A stretch of 64,000 bases of DNA from Octopus vulgaris (lineage: Eukaryota), in the NCBI GenBank assembly GCA_951406725.2, contig OX597817.1, positions 124,744,001 through 124,808,000 of the forward strand. The letters are read 5' to 3'. Position 1 is the stretch's first letter. Every line of letters begins with the position of its first letter. Both the position numbers and the translations under genes were made by a program. The notes beneath the pieces were generated by a model that saw nothing but the letters and a program-made list of their open reading frames with translations, did no database searches and was not told the DNA's origin. Shown in pieces: positions 36,581 through 50,578 of the stretch.

Positions 36581-38929
36581 TATATAAATATACTGAAGTT
36601 AAAATTTTAAAATGTTGTATTCCATTATTTCCTGGAAGAGAAAACATTCAAATAACTTCTAATTAATTTTATTGTGTAATTAGCGATTGTTGACATTATA
36701 TTTTTAATTACCGAGGCATTGATGCTGATGTCAAGTTTCTCAAGTTAGTGTCAAGGCAATATGTTAAAAATTACGTCAATGAATTTAGTAAGTTTTATTC
36801 ATGACATAGAACTATATAAATGAATTAATATAGTACAGAGTTGTGTTATGGTACAATGCAAGTGCATAAATATGGATGAAATGTTTTGTTAAGTGGCCAA
36901 TCTGTTATGTGTTCCAAATGACTTAAACTGGATCAAAAGGCTAAAACCATACGAACTTGGCATAAATCCCAGTGATTTAAGATAATCATATCAACAAAGA
37001 CACCTTTACTTGGATTGTGAATTCTTATATATAACATAGCCTAAATTCTATAGAATCAATTTAGTGTAACCAAATATAATCCCTAGAATTTAAGGTGATT
37101 ATTGACAGTCTGTCTTAGCAAGAGAATTTAGTGAAGAGTAAAATGTGAGTTATGGTGGTGTATCGAGTAAGGTTCATCAATTCCTATATGTAACACTTGT
37201 TGAATTTTAATGCAACTAATTGCTGTTGTTTAACCCAAGGTCATCTCTGGTCAAGTAGATTTAAAACGGAATGTGTTCCAGCCTTAACTACTTTAACTTT
37301 GTGTATATCTAGAATTATAATTTACTCAGGCTCAAATGCAAATAGATGACTACTGGTGATAGAATGCTTTTCAGGTTTTTTTAATTTTTCCGTAATATCT
37401 TTGAAGACTAAGCAGATGTCTAGAGTCATTTCACAGAATCTCAAAAACCAAAAGAAAAAAGAAGGAAGAAGAGAACATAAACTCATGATTATTTCCACAC
37501 TAAATAATTGCCACAAATGCTTACAATAAAGGGAGTTCAGCTAAAAGCACCCATACCAGGATGAGCAGCAAAGCTTGGCAACAGAGTAAATTCACTATGC
37601 CAGATATCAATCTTATGACAAAAAGTGATAGTCTGATATCTTGGACTTTGATAAATATGGTCCTGACAACATTTTCATGGAGACAAAATTAAAATAAAAT
37701 AAAACAAAAATGACATTTATTTGTTTTGAAAATTAGCAGAGTGTAGCCAATGTTAGTTGTTTATTAAGAAAATATTCAAATCTCAATCAAAATTTACTAA
37801 TAAGGAATATTTCCCTTCTGCTTCGTAAATAATACTTATCCCTTTGCATTGGTCATAGTATATAATATACATATACTTGCTTCGACCACTGCACATTTCA
37901 GTCTAATAGTTAATTGATTTCCATTTATCACTTCACAAAGTTACCATTTGATATAAAGAGAAGAAGCTAATTGATGCCATTTTATAAGGGGGTATACAAT
38001 CATAGCCATATACACCTACATATATATATATATATACATCCAAAGGCTTCTGCATAGATTTTCTTTACAAATTTCTACTCCTTCACATTCTCTCATTCAG
38101 TATCTGAACCTGGAAACATATGGTTGCAATACAAGCTTCTTAATCATATTTCTATGGCTGCATATAATTGTATATTCTTGAATCTTTCCATGGATAGTAA
38201 GTCGCTTTATCATAGGTAACATTTGTAATTGAGCATGTACTTAATCCTGTAAACTAGATAAACTGAAGTTTTATGCTGCTATTTAAGTTAAGGAAATGTC
38301 TCTTTTCCTATATGGAAATACTAAACTGTTACTTGTTTTGCTTCTAGTGTAGATTTGAACTTAACATTGTAAGCTGACACAATGCTGAAGAAGTCAGGAG
38401 CTAACAACAGAGTTAACCATTATCTCTACCAACAATCATAAAATTAGCTGAGATAGAGAGAGAGAGAGGGGGGAGGGAAGAGGGAGAAAGAAGAGATAAA
38501 AGAGAGAGCATTATGGAAGATTCTATCAGGACATATTTTGCTACATGAGTTTTATTGTGCATTGCAGCTTTGATTAAATGCATATACAGGCATTCTCTAC
38601 GTTCTGGAAGCATTGTATTCTATAAATCTTTCTGTAACATGGGATTCCATAATGCAAATTGTACTTTCCTATCGACTTCCATATAACAGGAAAGAGAATG
38701 GGGAAATATTTTTGTATTGTGAAATTCTATTTTGTGACATGATCTTCAAAAGTGAAACGTTTTCTTAACATGTGGTATACCTGAATTAGCTTCTATATTG
38801 ACAATGTTTCAGTTATTCAATAAAAGAAAAATACCATTTTTAGCATGGGTGTATTCCCCTTGAGGAATGTTACAGGTGCATGAAACTTTGAAGGTCTAGT
38901 GTCTACATGTCTGGTTATGAAAGTATCTA

Positions 38930-39157
38930 TTTCTTTACTACCCACAAGGGGCTAAACACGGAGAGGACAAACAAGGACAGACAAACGGATTAAGTCGATT
39001 ATATCGACCCCAGTGCGTAACTGGTACTTATTTAATCGACCCTGAAAGGATGAAAGGCAAAGTCGACCTTGGCGGAATTTGAACTCAGAACGTAACGACA
39101 CGAAATTCCGCTCAGCATTTCATCCGGTGTGCTAACGTTTCTGCCAGCTCACCATCC
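38930..39157 (-). mobile_element. SINE family B
   Basis: Reverse complement of GGTGAGCTGGCAGAAAC...CTGAGTTCAAATTCCGCCAAGGTCGACTTTGCCTTTCATCC; flanked by repeated TTATGAAAGTATCT. Confidence 0.85.
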
Positions 39158-40144
39158 TTATGAAAGTATCTGGTTATGAAAGTATCTATTTGTATTATTG
39201 ATTAGAATGTAAGTAATTCAATATATTTTTACAGAATAAACACATCTCATTTGTTAGTTATGTTAATTATCTTTGGTAAATAAAGCACATGATGAAATTG
39301 CATGTATTTATTTCATTATCAGAAAAGAACATTTTAATGATTAAATGAATGACAGGAGCAAGGTTTCAGTGCATCCTATGCCAAGTGCCTAGATATTGAA
39401 TTGACCACAATGGCACCATAGGGTACTACAGCTAAAGCAAAGTGAAGTCCTTTTCATACAGTGATGAAGCAATGGACTAGTTCTATAGTTATACATGAGA
39501 GGGAAAGAGAGAAAGAAAGAGAGTGGAATGCAGTTGCCATCTACCATAGTGTAATTTTTTTTTATTTAGTAATAGCTCAGTTCATTCATGTTGTAGCTCT
39601 GAATATTTGACAATTCAGCCAAATCAAACAGCTGGCAGCCAATAGTGACTGACATAACACTTAACTGCATTTGTTTCTTTTCTCTTGTCTGCTCTCTTCC
39701 CTGACTTCTTGAAAAATCTTATATTAGGGTTTAATGATTTTCATCAACGACCTTCATTGGTTAATTACCTAATGTCATCAAGTACATTTGAGTAATGCAA
39801 ACAATCAATTTTTGCTGACATCAATCAAGGAAAATTCATCATTTTCATGTCTATTCAAAGAAAATTAGTGGTCACCTTGTTTATGACATCATCAGTCAAT
39901 ATGAGGTGTTTTGCATATTCATCAAAATTTTCTAATTGGAAATATTGATTCCCAGTTCCAAATTCTAAGTAGGGATTTGGTACAGAGTTTTTAAGATAAA
40001 ATTAAAAAACTCAGCTTCCTTAACATATGAATAATCCACTACTTCATTCACAGGAGATTAAGCTAATTATGAAATGTTGTTTCTATTATTCATCTATGAA
40101 ATAAGCTATTAATAAAATATATGACATATGGTGTGAATTTAAAA

Positions 40145-40338
40145 AGTTTAACAAGGACAGACAAACAGATTAAGTCGATTATATTGACCCCAGTGTATAA
40201 CTGGTACTTAATTTATCGACCCCAAAAGGATGAAAGACAAAGTCGACCTCAGCAGAATTTGAACTCAGAATGTAAGGGCAGACAAAATACCGCCAACCAT
40301 TTCGCCTGGCATGCTAACGATTCTGCCAGCTCACCACC
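40145..40338 (-). mobile_element. SINE family B
   Basis: Aligns to 38970-39155. Confidence 0.8.
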
Positions 40339-41790
40339 TTTTTTTTATATAATTGTTACGTTTCGATAAAATTGTTACCAATGAGTATTATATATGTTAA
40401 GTTAGTGTTAATGCAGAGAGCAATAAAAAGCTAACTAAAAATAATTATGAATTGAGGAACAAGAATAGTCAATGATTGATAATTTTTTTTTTTTTTTGCT
40501 AAGTGCAGGAAACTTTGAACTCTCCAGCAACACCGATCAGCTTACAATACATATTAAAGGTAAATGGCTCATATTATTTTCCTCACTATAATTATTTATA
40601 TTTATCTTTTTAAGGTCTCTTGCATTAAATGTTAACACTAACTCAATGATTCTAATGTGTTTGTCATTTATTTAATTATATCCTTCATATGGCATGATAT
40701 CCAAAATTTAGGTGTTCTGGCTATATAATAAAAGCTTCTAGTTCAAGTTGATCTGTCATCGCAAAATCTTTTCATTTTGACATTTGAATTGTATTTCCTC
40801 ACAAACTGATGCACGTACTCAAAGAAAATATTATGAGACTTAAAGATAAACTTGCCTTAAATTTTAATGTAATGTATTATATTTCAAATCACTTCTTATT
40901 ACATTCACAGTTGTATAGCTTCATAATACTTTTTGGGAGAAAAACTGAAAAGGAAGAAAAAAAAATTTCACATTCTAACTAAATAGATATATTGAGAAAA
41001 CTCTTAATTAATATTTTAAGTTTTTGTTCTTAAAGAAATGATTTAAATTAATTCTATTGTATCAAATATTTCACCTAATGTTGTTTAAAAAATTTCACTC
41101 CCATGCTGTTATCTCTGCAGTTATTAATACTATGGAAAAAACAGCATGCATTCCTCACCACTCAGAAAAAAAAAGGAAAAAGAAATGTTTCATGCTTGTT
41201 ATAAAGAAGAGTTACTTGTTCCAGCTCAGGTCTCTATTCTTTTAGAATCTAATTTAAAAATTGGAACTGAGTTTTCTTTTAAAACATATAATTCTATTCC
41301 TTTTGTTTTTTCCCCACAAGGAAAAAATGTTCAAGCCAAGGTGTTTTCAGTAAGAAACAATTGAGGACATGTTTAAATGATACTATTGCTAAAAAGTCAC
41401 TCAACTTATAGTGGATATTACAGATACCGATATCAGTAGTATGTTATGATGGATGTATTCTTCATCATCAGGGTGTGTTGAATGTTTAATAAAGGAAAAT
41501 AACTTTTTTTTCCATAAAATAATGGTGCTTTACTTGATTACCAATGACTGGAAATTTTAAGAACTTCATAAACAAAAAAGCTTAACCAAAAAAATTTAAC
41601 TTGTGAATGCTATTCATCTTTTTCCTTATCATTCTTTGTTTATCAGTTCTAGTTTCTAATCTTAGCTCATACTATGATGAAATAATTTCCATATAATAGC
41701 TGTAATTGTTTGGAGAATTATTTGGAGACTTTCAGCTATGATTTTTTGAAAATCTGTTTTAAACTGTTGAAGGTGATGAGTGTTTATGAA

Positions 41791-41963
41791 TAGGCGCAGG
41801 AGTGGCTGTGTGGTAAGTAGCTTGCTAACCAGCCACATGGTTTCAGGTTCAGTCCCACTGCGTGGCATCTTGGGCAAGTGTCTTCTGCTATAGCCCTGGG
41901 CCGACCAATGCCTTGTGAGTGGATTTGGTAGACAGAAACTGAAAGAAGCCTGTCGTATATATG

Positions 41964-41994
<31 letters not shown>

Positions 41995-42213
41995 GCTTGT
42001 GTGTCTGTGTTTGTCCCCCTAGCATTGCTTGACAACCGATGCTGGTGTGTTTACGTCCCCATCACTTAGCAGTTCGGCAAAAAAGACCGATAGAATAAGT
42101 ACTGGGCTTACAAAGAATAAGTCCCGGGCTCGAGTTGCTCGACTAAAGGTGGTGCTCCAGCATGGCCGCAGTCAAATGACTGAAACAAGTAAAAGAGTAA
42201 AAGAGTAAAAGCG
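41791..42213 (+). mobile_element. SINE family A, full length
   Basis: Complete head, microsatellite and AAAAGAGT tail. Confidence 0.92.
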
Positions 42214-43729
42214 AGATGATGTTGGTTCCACTACACATATCAAGGAATACACCTTAAAAAAAAAAAATAATAAATAACAGCTTGAAACGAATGTCTACAC
42301 TCCAAACAATACATCAGAAAATTACTTGTTCCATTCTTTGTAGTTAAAACTGAAATTGTTGGCTGCTGTATGATATTTTCATGACTTGAAACTCATTGCA
42401 AACAGTTATTGCTCTCTATGTAAACATTAAGAACTCTCTCTCTCTCTCTTTATTTTCTAAGCTCCTAAACGAGTAAGCTTTTATGAAGAAAAGCAAAACA
42501 ACACATTCCAGGTCGAACTTCTTTCCATCTTTACTGAAATATCTTACTTCACAGAATATTTACTTATTAAGTCACAGGTAAGGTCATGTTGATGATTTTA
42601 AAAACGGATAAGATAATGCTATACATGATTACCATTGGTTAGAAATTTTAAGTATTTTCTGATAAGAAATCCTGTCCATCTTTTTCCTTCTAATTCCTTA
42701 ATTCCAATTTCAAATTTCTAGTCCTGTCTCAGGAAGGAATTTCAACCGGAATTTCTGCTACCACAACAACTCCTTTATAGAATCCAGTTAGTTCAAGACA
42801 TCATCAGGGGGAACCACGTCCGGTTTCGAACCCTGCTCCTCTACCATTTTGACATGGCAGGGCACTTTTCTTTCGGAGGTGTCTTCAGCTCTGGTGTTGG
42901 GTGCATATCTTCTTTCTTTTTCTTTCTTCTGTTCCCTGGCCTCTTCGATGTAGCGTCAATGCCTGTAACAACTAGAACTACACATACTTATACTATACAC
43001 TTAAGTCACAACACCAATATGCCCGACTGTCTCTGGTTCAGATACATATATAAATTATGACTTTCAACATAATCTTAGTCTATAATTATCCATTTAATTA
43101 TATTCTAATCATCAAGATTACTATTTCAGTAAGTGTAAAAGTTAATTTATTTTTATAAAAGCCATCTAACTCTTCACAGTTTTAAAAAACTAATTAAAAC
43201 TTTAACGCAAAGCATTTTATTGCGGCTGTATCATAATATTTTTAAATAGATATTTATTAATATAAATATTTCTGCAGGCATGATTATGTCTAAAATGTAC
43301 TAAAAATAGTATAAAATATACGAATTAGACAGTTGTATATATATAGCAGTTCGTTTGTCACATACATTCAACACATACTTCTGTTTAATGTGTTTTAATA
43401 AGAAAGCGATTAAGATTTTCATATTGCTTTTAAAGCAATATTTGTGAGAAATGACCCTGAACAAGTAGAGGTTGTCTGCAAAAAGGATGAAATATTACTA
43501 TATTTCCTGTATACTGCTTTGTTTTTATAATACTTGTCGCTATATATAAAGATAGTGATACACTAAAAACTGGTGAAATCTGTAATAAGGTATGTTAAAT
43601 TAAAGCTATGTTAAAGGTAATGGTTCCCAATTTTCTTATATTGTGCCACAAACACATGTAAAAATCAGTCATTCATTACATAAAAATAAATGACGTTTGC
43701 AATTGAAGGCTAAGTACGAAAATCACTGC

Positions 43730-44300
43730 TTGACAATGGCACTTGATAAGAGCTATCATGTAATATCAAAGCAAGGAAGTACCACCCGCCCCATTTTTCC
43801 CCAACCCACCCTTGTCCACCTTTAAGTGCACCCAGAACCTACATGATCTTCTGGTCAGTAGCACCTTCTCCTTTCCACCCAGCCCCACCCGGATCCTTCT
43901 CATGCACCAGATCCTGCTGCCACACCTGCCCCTTCATCACCAACACTACCTCTCTCACTGGTTCCAATCGGCACATTCTTTGCATCATAAATTCCTTCTC
44001 TTGCACCCTCTTCTAGCCTCATATACTGTATTAGATGCAACATCTGTGGTAAACTGTATGTAGGTCAGAGGGGCCACCGATTGGCCGACCGCTTCACTGA
44101 ACATCTAAGCGATGTTTGACGACGTTTGAACACCCCCGTCGCCATCACTTCCGCTTGGTCAACCACTCCCCCTCTAACATCTCCGGCTTTGGCCTTGCTC
44201 TACACTACAGATCCACACACTCACGACTTTGCCTAGAGCAGCATCATATTTTTAATCTACGAACAACTCTCCCCCTCGGACTAAACACAACCTCTCCTCC
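43730..44300 (+). mobile_element. Penelope-like fragment, GIY-YIG endonuclease domain (degenerate)
   Basis: CHTCPFI...LIYCIRCNICGKLYVGQRGHRLADRFTEHL, then a stop and frameshift, then HHF...LEQHHIFNLRTTLPLGLN. Confidence 0.85.
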
Positions 44301-45045
44301 TATTGACTGCTTCTACAACCTCCTGCAACAAAGCAACCTTATTTCAAGGTACCACTTACTGTCTGCTAGTGCCAAATACTCAGGTGACTGGATTGATGCC
44401 ATCCCTGGGGCTAATGTTGGTGGCCTACTCAGCTTGGACCTACTTCATGTCGCCATTGCCCTCACAGTGGGAGCTGACATATGCATAGGTTTGATCTGTT
44501 ATTGTGGCAGGATCCTTGACTCCACAGGCCTCCATGGCCTTTCTTGGCGCCTAAAAGCTGGTTGCTTCTCGCATAATACAGAGTTGAACCTAATATTCAA
44601 GAAGAGCTTGGCTCAGGCAAACCTTCCTTCCATCTTGGAACCATCTGGATTGTCCAGATGTGATAGGAAGAGACCTGACTGCCTCACCCTGTGCCCTTGG
44701 TCACGAGGCAGATTTCTTGTCTGGGATGTCACAGTTAGCGACTCCTTTGCTTCTTCTCACATCCTGGAGGCTGCAGTCAGGGCGAGATCCACAGCTTCTG
44801 CAGCTGAGCAGAACAAAATCCTGAAATACCATGGTCTGTTAGCCAACAACATTTTCCATCCTGTGGTGTTTGAGATGTTTGGTGGTGTCGGACCACTAAC
44901 TGCAAGTTTCTTCTCTTCACTGGCAATTCACCTTGCAGAAGTAACTAACGAAGCTCTTGAGGGCGCTTGGTTGTTCCAGTGCATCAGCCTCACCGTCACC
45001 CACGGCAATGCTGCAAGTGTGTTGGTGTGCCTCAATAGCCATTAG
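44300..45045 (+). mobile_element. CRE-like non-LTR retrotransposon C-terminus with restriction-like endonuclease
   Basis: SGDWIDAIP; CYCG...GLH (degenerate zinc motif); LEPSGL; KRPD...WDVTV...AEQNKILKY...FHPVVFEMFG...ISLTVTHGNAASVL. Confidence 0.8.
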
Positions 45046-45164
45046 AGAGGTCTTCCAGTGCCTTCAACTTTTCAACCCAAGGTGGTGAATTGTTTTGTTT
45101 GTTTTTTCTTTTTTTCTCTTTTTTCTTTCTCGTTTTTTGCTTTTTCCTTTTTATTTTTTCAATT

Positions 45165-46040
45165 ACATTGACCCCAGTGTTTCACTGGTACTTAATTTAT
45201 TGACCCTGAAAGGATGAAAGGCAAAATCGACCCCGGCTTAATTTGAACTCAGCATGAACTGGCACTCTGTTGCTTACAATGACGAGGGTTCCATTTGATC
45301 TGATCAACAGAACAGCTTGCTCATGAGATTAATGTGCAAGTGGCTGAGCACTCTACAGACACACGTACCCCTTTACATACTTCTCAGAGAGACTCAGCAT
45401 GACACAGTGTGTGACAAGGCTGGCCCCTTGAAATACAGGTAATACTCATTTTTGCCAGCTAAATGGACTGGAACAATGTGAAACAAAGTGTCTTGCTCAA
45501 GGTCACAACATGCTGCCGAGAACCAAACTTGTGACCCTACGATTGTGAGCCAAATGCCCTAACCACTAAGCCATGTGCCTTCACACTCACAATGTAGTGA
45601 TGGGCAAAATACTGCTAAGCATGAGTGGTAAGTAGCTTGCTAACCAGCCACATGGTTCCAGGTTCAGTCCCACTGCGTGGCATCTTGGGCAAGTGTCTTC
45701 TGCTATAGCCCCGGGCCGACCAATGCCTTGTGAGTGGATTTGGTAGACAGAAACTAAAAGAAGCCTGTCGTATATATGTATATATATATGTATGTGTGTG
45801 TGTGTTTGTGTGTCTGTGTTTGCATCCCTAGCATTGCTTGACAACCGATGCTGGTGTGTTTACATCACTTAGCGGTTCGGCAAAAGAGACCGATAGAATA
45901 AGTACTGGGCTTACAAAGAATAAGTCCCGGGGTCGATTTGCTTGACTAAACGCGGTGCTCCAGCATGGCCGCAGTCAAATGACTGAAACAAGTAAAAGAG
46001 TAAAAGAGTGTGCTAACAATTCTGTCAGTTCGCCACCTTA
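45165..46040. mobile_element. Nested SINE cluster (family B minus, split by a family C-tailed SINE ~45260-45586 minus and family A 45623-46008 plus)
   Basis: Each segment matches by eye the other copies in the window. Confidence 0.75.
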
Positions 46041-46437
46041 ACAACAATAATAATAACCACACCAACAATAATGACAGCTAGAAAGGTTTTAAATCTTAAA
46101 TTTGCCCAATTAGGACAAATTTGCCCAATTAGGACTGATTTGCATCTCAAGAACAGCACCGACAAAACCAGCAAAGGAGTGCAAACTTAAAAGAATCTAA
46201 AAACAGAATTATCAGCAAACAGCCTGAATTGGAAACTCTGTTTCCAGATATAGAACTTGTTAAATACAATGACATGTCTAAATAGCACCAATTGATGTGT
46301 TAGCTTCTGCCCTGAATATAATAAAAGCAGTGTCACATGAATGGAAATCTCATTCAAATCAAGTAACCCTGGCCTGCTCATATTTCACTTTGTAACATTA
46401 CCAGTAAGATATAAATAAAATATGTGTATAATGTTAA

Positions 46438-46656
46438 CCCTTTAGCATTCAGGTTACACTGTCAAATGCAATGTTTTTGGTTAATATTGTTTTGAATTAA
46501 TCATTCGTTATCTCTTAGCTTCAAGATTTCGGTGAGGTGTTTGTTTATTTTTAGAATGACATTGTAGGATTGGTGTGAGAGGCAAGATCTAGCTTGTTTG
46601 AATATAAAGCAGGTAGAATATTTGGACCAGATATAGTCTGTTTAAAAGGTAAAGGG
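46438..46656. mobile_element. piggyBac-like MITE
   Basis: TTAA|CCCTTTA...TAAAGGG|TTAA termini. Confidence 0.75.
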
Positions 46657-46794
46657 TTAAACATAAGCTGACATAAGCACATTAGACATCATTTAAATGG
46701 CAAACTCTTTTTTTCTGTCTAAATAAACCCCAACAAATGCACCTAAAAATAAAAGGAAAAATTTGTAAACTACCCAATAACTTGCTCATTGGAT

Positions 46795-46861
<67 letters not shown>

Positions 46862-47035
46862 ATGTAAATGTAAAAAAATACAAACTGGGACAAGAACGTG
46901 AAACATTTAGAAGACGATACAAAAAACATGGACGGGACATTCGAAGCCTTCAATCTTCAGTCAAGAACCGGATCATCTTCGCAATTTCGGCTGATTAATC
47001 TTGAGATTGCTCCGATATATATATATATATATATA

Positions 47036-47176
47036 TGAGGGGATGCTGAAAAGTTCCTGGCTTTAAGGGTATCATGAAAAGCCTGGTTGGAGGCCCAACC
47101 TTCCGAGTTCTTTTTACAGGGCTTACAAAAGACTGAAGGATAGCTGCAATAAGTGTGTGAATCTGAGAAAGGGAAT
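47036..47176. mobile_element. Partial mariner-derived MITE (inverted relative to 23408-23623)
   Basis: TGAGGGGATGCTGAAAAGTTCCTGGCTTT TIR and a matching interior. Confidence 0.75.
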
Positions 47177-48794
47177 TCTTTTACTTCTTTCAGTCATTTG
47201 ACTGTGGCCACGCTGGAGCACCACCTTCAGTCGAACAAATCGACCCCAGAGCTTATTCTTTGTAAGCCTTGATCAGGACCAAATTGTGGCTAAAAAAAGA
47301 ATATCAACAATGAGACTGTAAAATGGAGGGACATCAATATTGTAACAATTCCTGGCAGAAATCGCAACCAAAGTTCCTTCAAACAATGCTTTGTTGTCTT
47401 ATTTATGTTTATATTTCTGCATGAACATACAAATGAGACTTCAACATATTAACTAGACATGCCATATATAGCAACTAATTCTCCCTCAAACCACATCCTT
47501 CTGTTCGTCTCCTACTTTGATACAATACTTTGGCATTACTGGGTGTATTACATGATGTAACTAATTTTATTTGCAAGAATTCATCACAGAGATATGTGAT
47601 AATATTTCAATTTGCCCCCTCCTCACCAGGAAGTAACAAAGGGATTGGTTTTGCCATTGTCAGAGCTCTGTGTAAAAGGTTTGAAGGAGATGTGATAGCA
47701 ACCGGTACGTTTATTGTTATTATTATTGCAGTGGGGTATGTGTACACATAGGGGCATGCCAGGAGAATTGTGGTAGGTGAGTGAAATTTGTTAAAACAGT
47801 GGAACCACTACCATCTTAATGCAACACATATGTCTAGAAAATGGGAGGAAAGGTATTTGCTCTTCCCATTCACTTATCATTGTCAACAAGTGTTTTCAGT
47901 AAAGTGCAGAACAAAAACATGAATTTTGAGTAAGACTGCCAATTGGGAATTTGAGAATAAAATGCAAGTGTGTCTCTCTGAAATTGTCTACAATTGAGTT
48001 CCTTGTTGGAAAGAGCCAAGTTGATCCATCTTATTAAAAATGTATGGCTAAGTTTAATGAAAATGCTTTTTTATGTAGGCACAAAATTTGGAAATTTGTG
48101 AGTAGTGGGATGACAGTTGATTATGTCAAATCTTGTACTTGATTAGCATTTTATTTTATTGACCCCAGAAGGTTGAAAGGCAAAGCTGAATGCAGCAGGA
48201 TTTGAACTCTTCAAATGAATTATTATAAACAATACATGTCTGTTGACTATTCAATGGTCACCAACCATTTTGCAGTATGTTATTGATAATGGGTTACACT
48301 AATACTACTGGACATGATGAAGAGTTCTGTTGGAAGGAAAACTTTGAGCACCCCTGAAAAACAAACCAAATATGAGTGACAAACACAACCGAAACAGCAG
48401 CAAAAACCACAACATAAGTTATCACCAAGTTGGTCTCACTGTAAACTAGAAATCAGGGTGGCCAGTACAATAATGAAAGAGAATCAGGTGACAAGAACAT
48501 ACATTAACCAGAGTTCATTGTTGGTTTTGGTCTAGATCACCAGGTAAATAAAAACTGAGAAAAGGTTACTGGTTGTGACTTTAAAGCGCTACTGGACACT
48601 TTTTATTGCCTAAACCTGTCAAGTTCAAAGATCGCATTTAATATTGACATTTTGTTTTGTTTTGAAATTTTATGAAGCAATTATGAAAAATCTATATAAA
48701 TTCTTTTTATTTTTCTAATTCTAAAGAAGAACCAGTTTGTATTGTATACAAGTTATATTTTTCACTAAGATTTCATTGTCTATAATTTTTTTTT

Positions 48795-49186
48795 TTACTT
48801 GTTTCAGTCATTTTACTGTGGCCATGCTGGAGCACCGCCTTTAATCGAGCAACTCGACCCCAGGACTTATTCTTTGTAAGCCCAGTACTTATTCTATTGA
48901 TCTCTTTTGCCGAACCGCTAAGTGACGGGGACATAAACACACCAGCATCGGTTGTCAAGCAATGCTAGGGGGACAAACACAAATATACACGGACACACAC
49001 ATATACATATATATACATATATACGACAGGCTTCTTTCAGTTTCCGTCTACCAAATCCACTCACAAGGCTTTGGTCAGCCCGAGGCTATAGTAGAAGACA
49101 CTTGCCTAAGGTGCCTCGCAGTGGGACTGAACCCGGTACCATGTAGTTCGTAAACAAGCTACTTACCACACAGCCACTCCTGCACC
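48795..49186 (-). mobile_element. SINE family A (intronic)
   Basis: Reverse complement of the family A consensus. Confidence 0.9.
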
Positions 49187-49934
49187 TTAGTAGCAAAATT
49201 TATGCATGAATGGATGATAGGTATTATATATAATTGCTTGAATCTCTTTAATAATCTCACAATAATGACTTTTATTACTTCTATTCCTACCTCAGTTCAT
49301 CTAATTATATATATCTTTCATTACTTTTCATAAAAAGCCTTTACTTTTTTACTTACAATGTGCATTTTTGTTGATTTTTCTTACTTTCCCCTTACATTAC
49401 CATGTGTAGCTTCTATTTTCTTTTTGTAACATATTTCTATTATATATATATGAATTAACTATAGAATAAGTTAAGTTTTCTTCTATATCATGAAGTTTTT
49501 ATCAATTCCCTGATATTACAACTGCCTTTTTTCATTTTTACAAGCTTGTGATGTTGGACGTGGAGAAGCAGCTATTGCAGAACTTAGCAAGGAAGGATGT
49601 CAGGCCAAATTGACATCAACTTGACATCACAGACACTAAAAGTATTTCCGTTTTTGCAAACTATATGAAAGAAACTAATAGAAGCCTTGATATCCTTGTC
49701 AACAATGCTGGTATAGCTTATAAGGTACTTTCCCCTCTTCTGTACAAGTTGTTATTTTTATTTCTTCTACATGTTGATATTAGTTATTCATAACACCACA
49801 CAGCTTGTGATGTACAATACTGATATATCTTGGAACAATTCTGGCTTAGTCAAAAAATGTTCTAAATAATAATGACAATGCTTAATATTATCAGAGGCCC
49901 ACAGTTTCTGGAGGACTTATACTAGAGATCACTT

Positions 49935-50578
49935 TTGCAAACTGCTTAGCAACAGGGATGTAGGCACACCAACATCAGTTGTCAAGTGGTGGTGTAAGAC
50001 AAACACAGATATGATGGGCTTCTTTCAGTTTCCATCTATCAAATCAACTCACAAGGCTTTGGTTGTTCCAAAGCTATAATGGGAGACACTTTACCAAAGT
50101 GTCACACCGTGGGACTAAATCTAGAACCATGTGGTTAGGAAGCAAGTTTCTGACTATATAGCCACTCCTGTGCCAGTGTTTAATTTGCAGACTTAATTTT
50201 TTTTATTTATCTCTATACATAGGCGCAGAAGTGGCTGTGTGGTAAGTAGCTTGTCTACCAACCACATGGTTCCAGGTTCAGTCCCACTGCGTGGCACCTT
50301 GAGCAAGTGTCTTCTACTATAGCCTCAGGCCGACCAAAGCCTTGTGAGTGGATTTGGTAGACAGAAACTGAAAGAAGCCCGTCGTATATATGTATATATA
50401 TGTGTGCATGTATGTTTGTGTTTGTCCCCCTAGCATTGCTTGACAACCGTTGCTGGTGTGTTTATGTCCCCGTCACAAAGAATAAGTCCCGGGGTCGAGT
50501 TGCTCCATTAAAGGTGGTGCTCCAGCATGGCCACAGTCAAATGACTGAAACAAGTAAAAGAGTAAAAGAGAGAGAGTA
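49935..50578. mobile_element. Two head-to-head SINE family A copies (~49935-50175 minus, 50220-50578 plus)
   Basis: Both match family A; they lie between the CBR-like exons. Confidence 0.85.

Noticed and set aside
42790-42835. Minus-strand GAAACC...GGTTC-CCCC-CTGATGA as a hammerhead
   Set aside because: There is no room for stem I and no stem II closing next to the core.
46925-47015. Minus-strand CTGAAGA...CTTCGAAT as a hammerhead in a probable Penelope-like relic
   Set aside because: GAAA and stem III cannot be formed convincingly.
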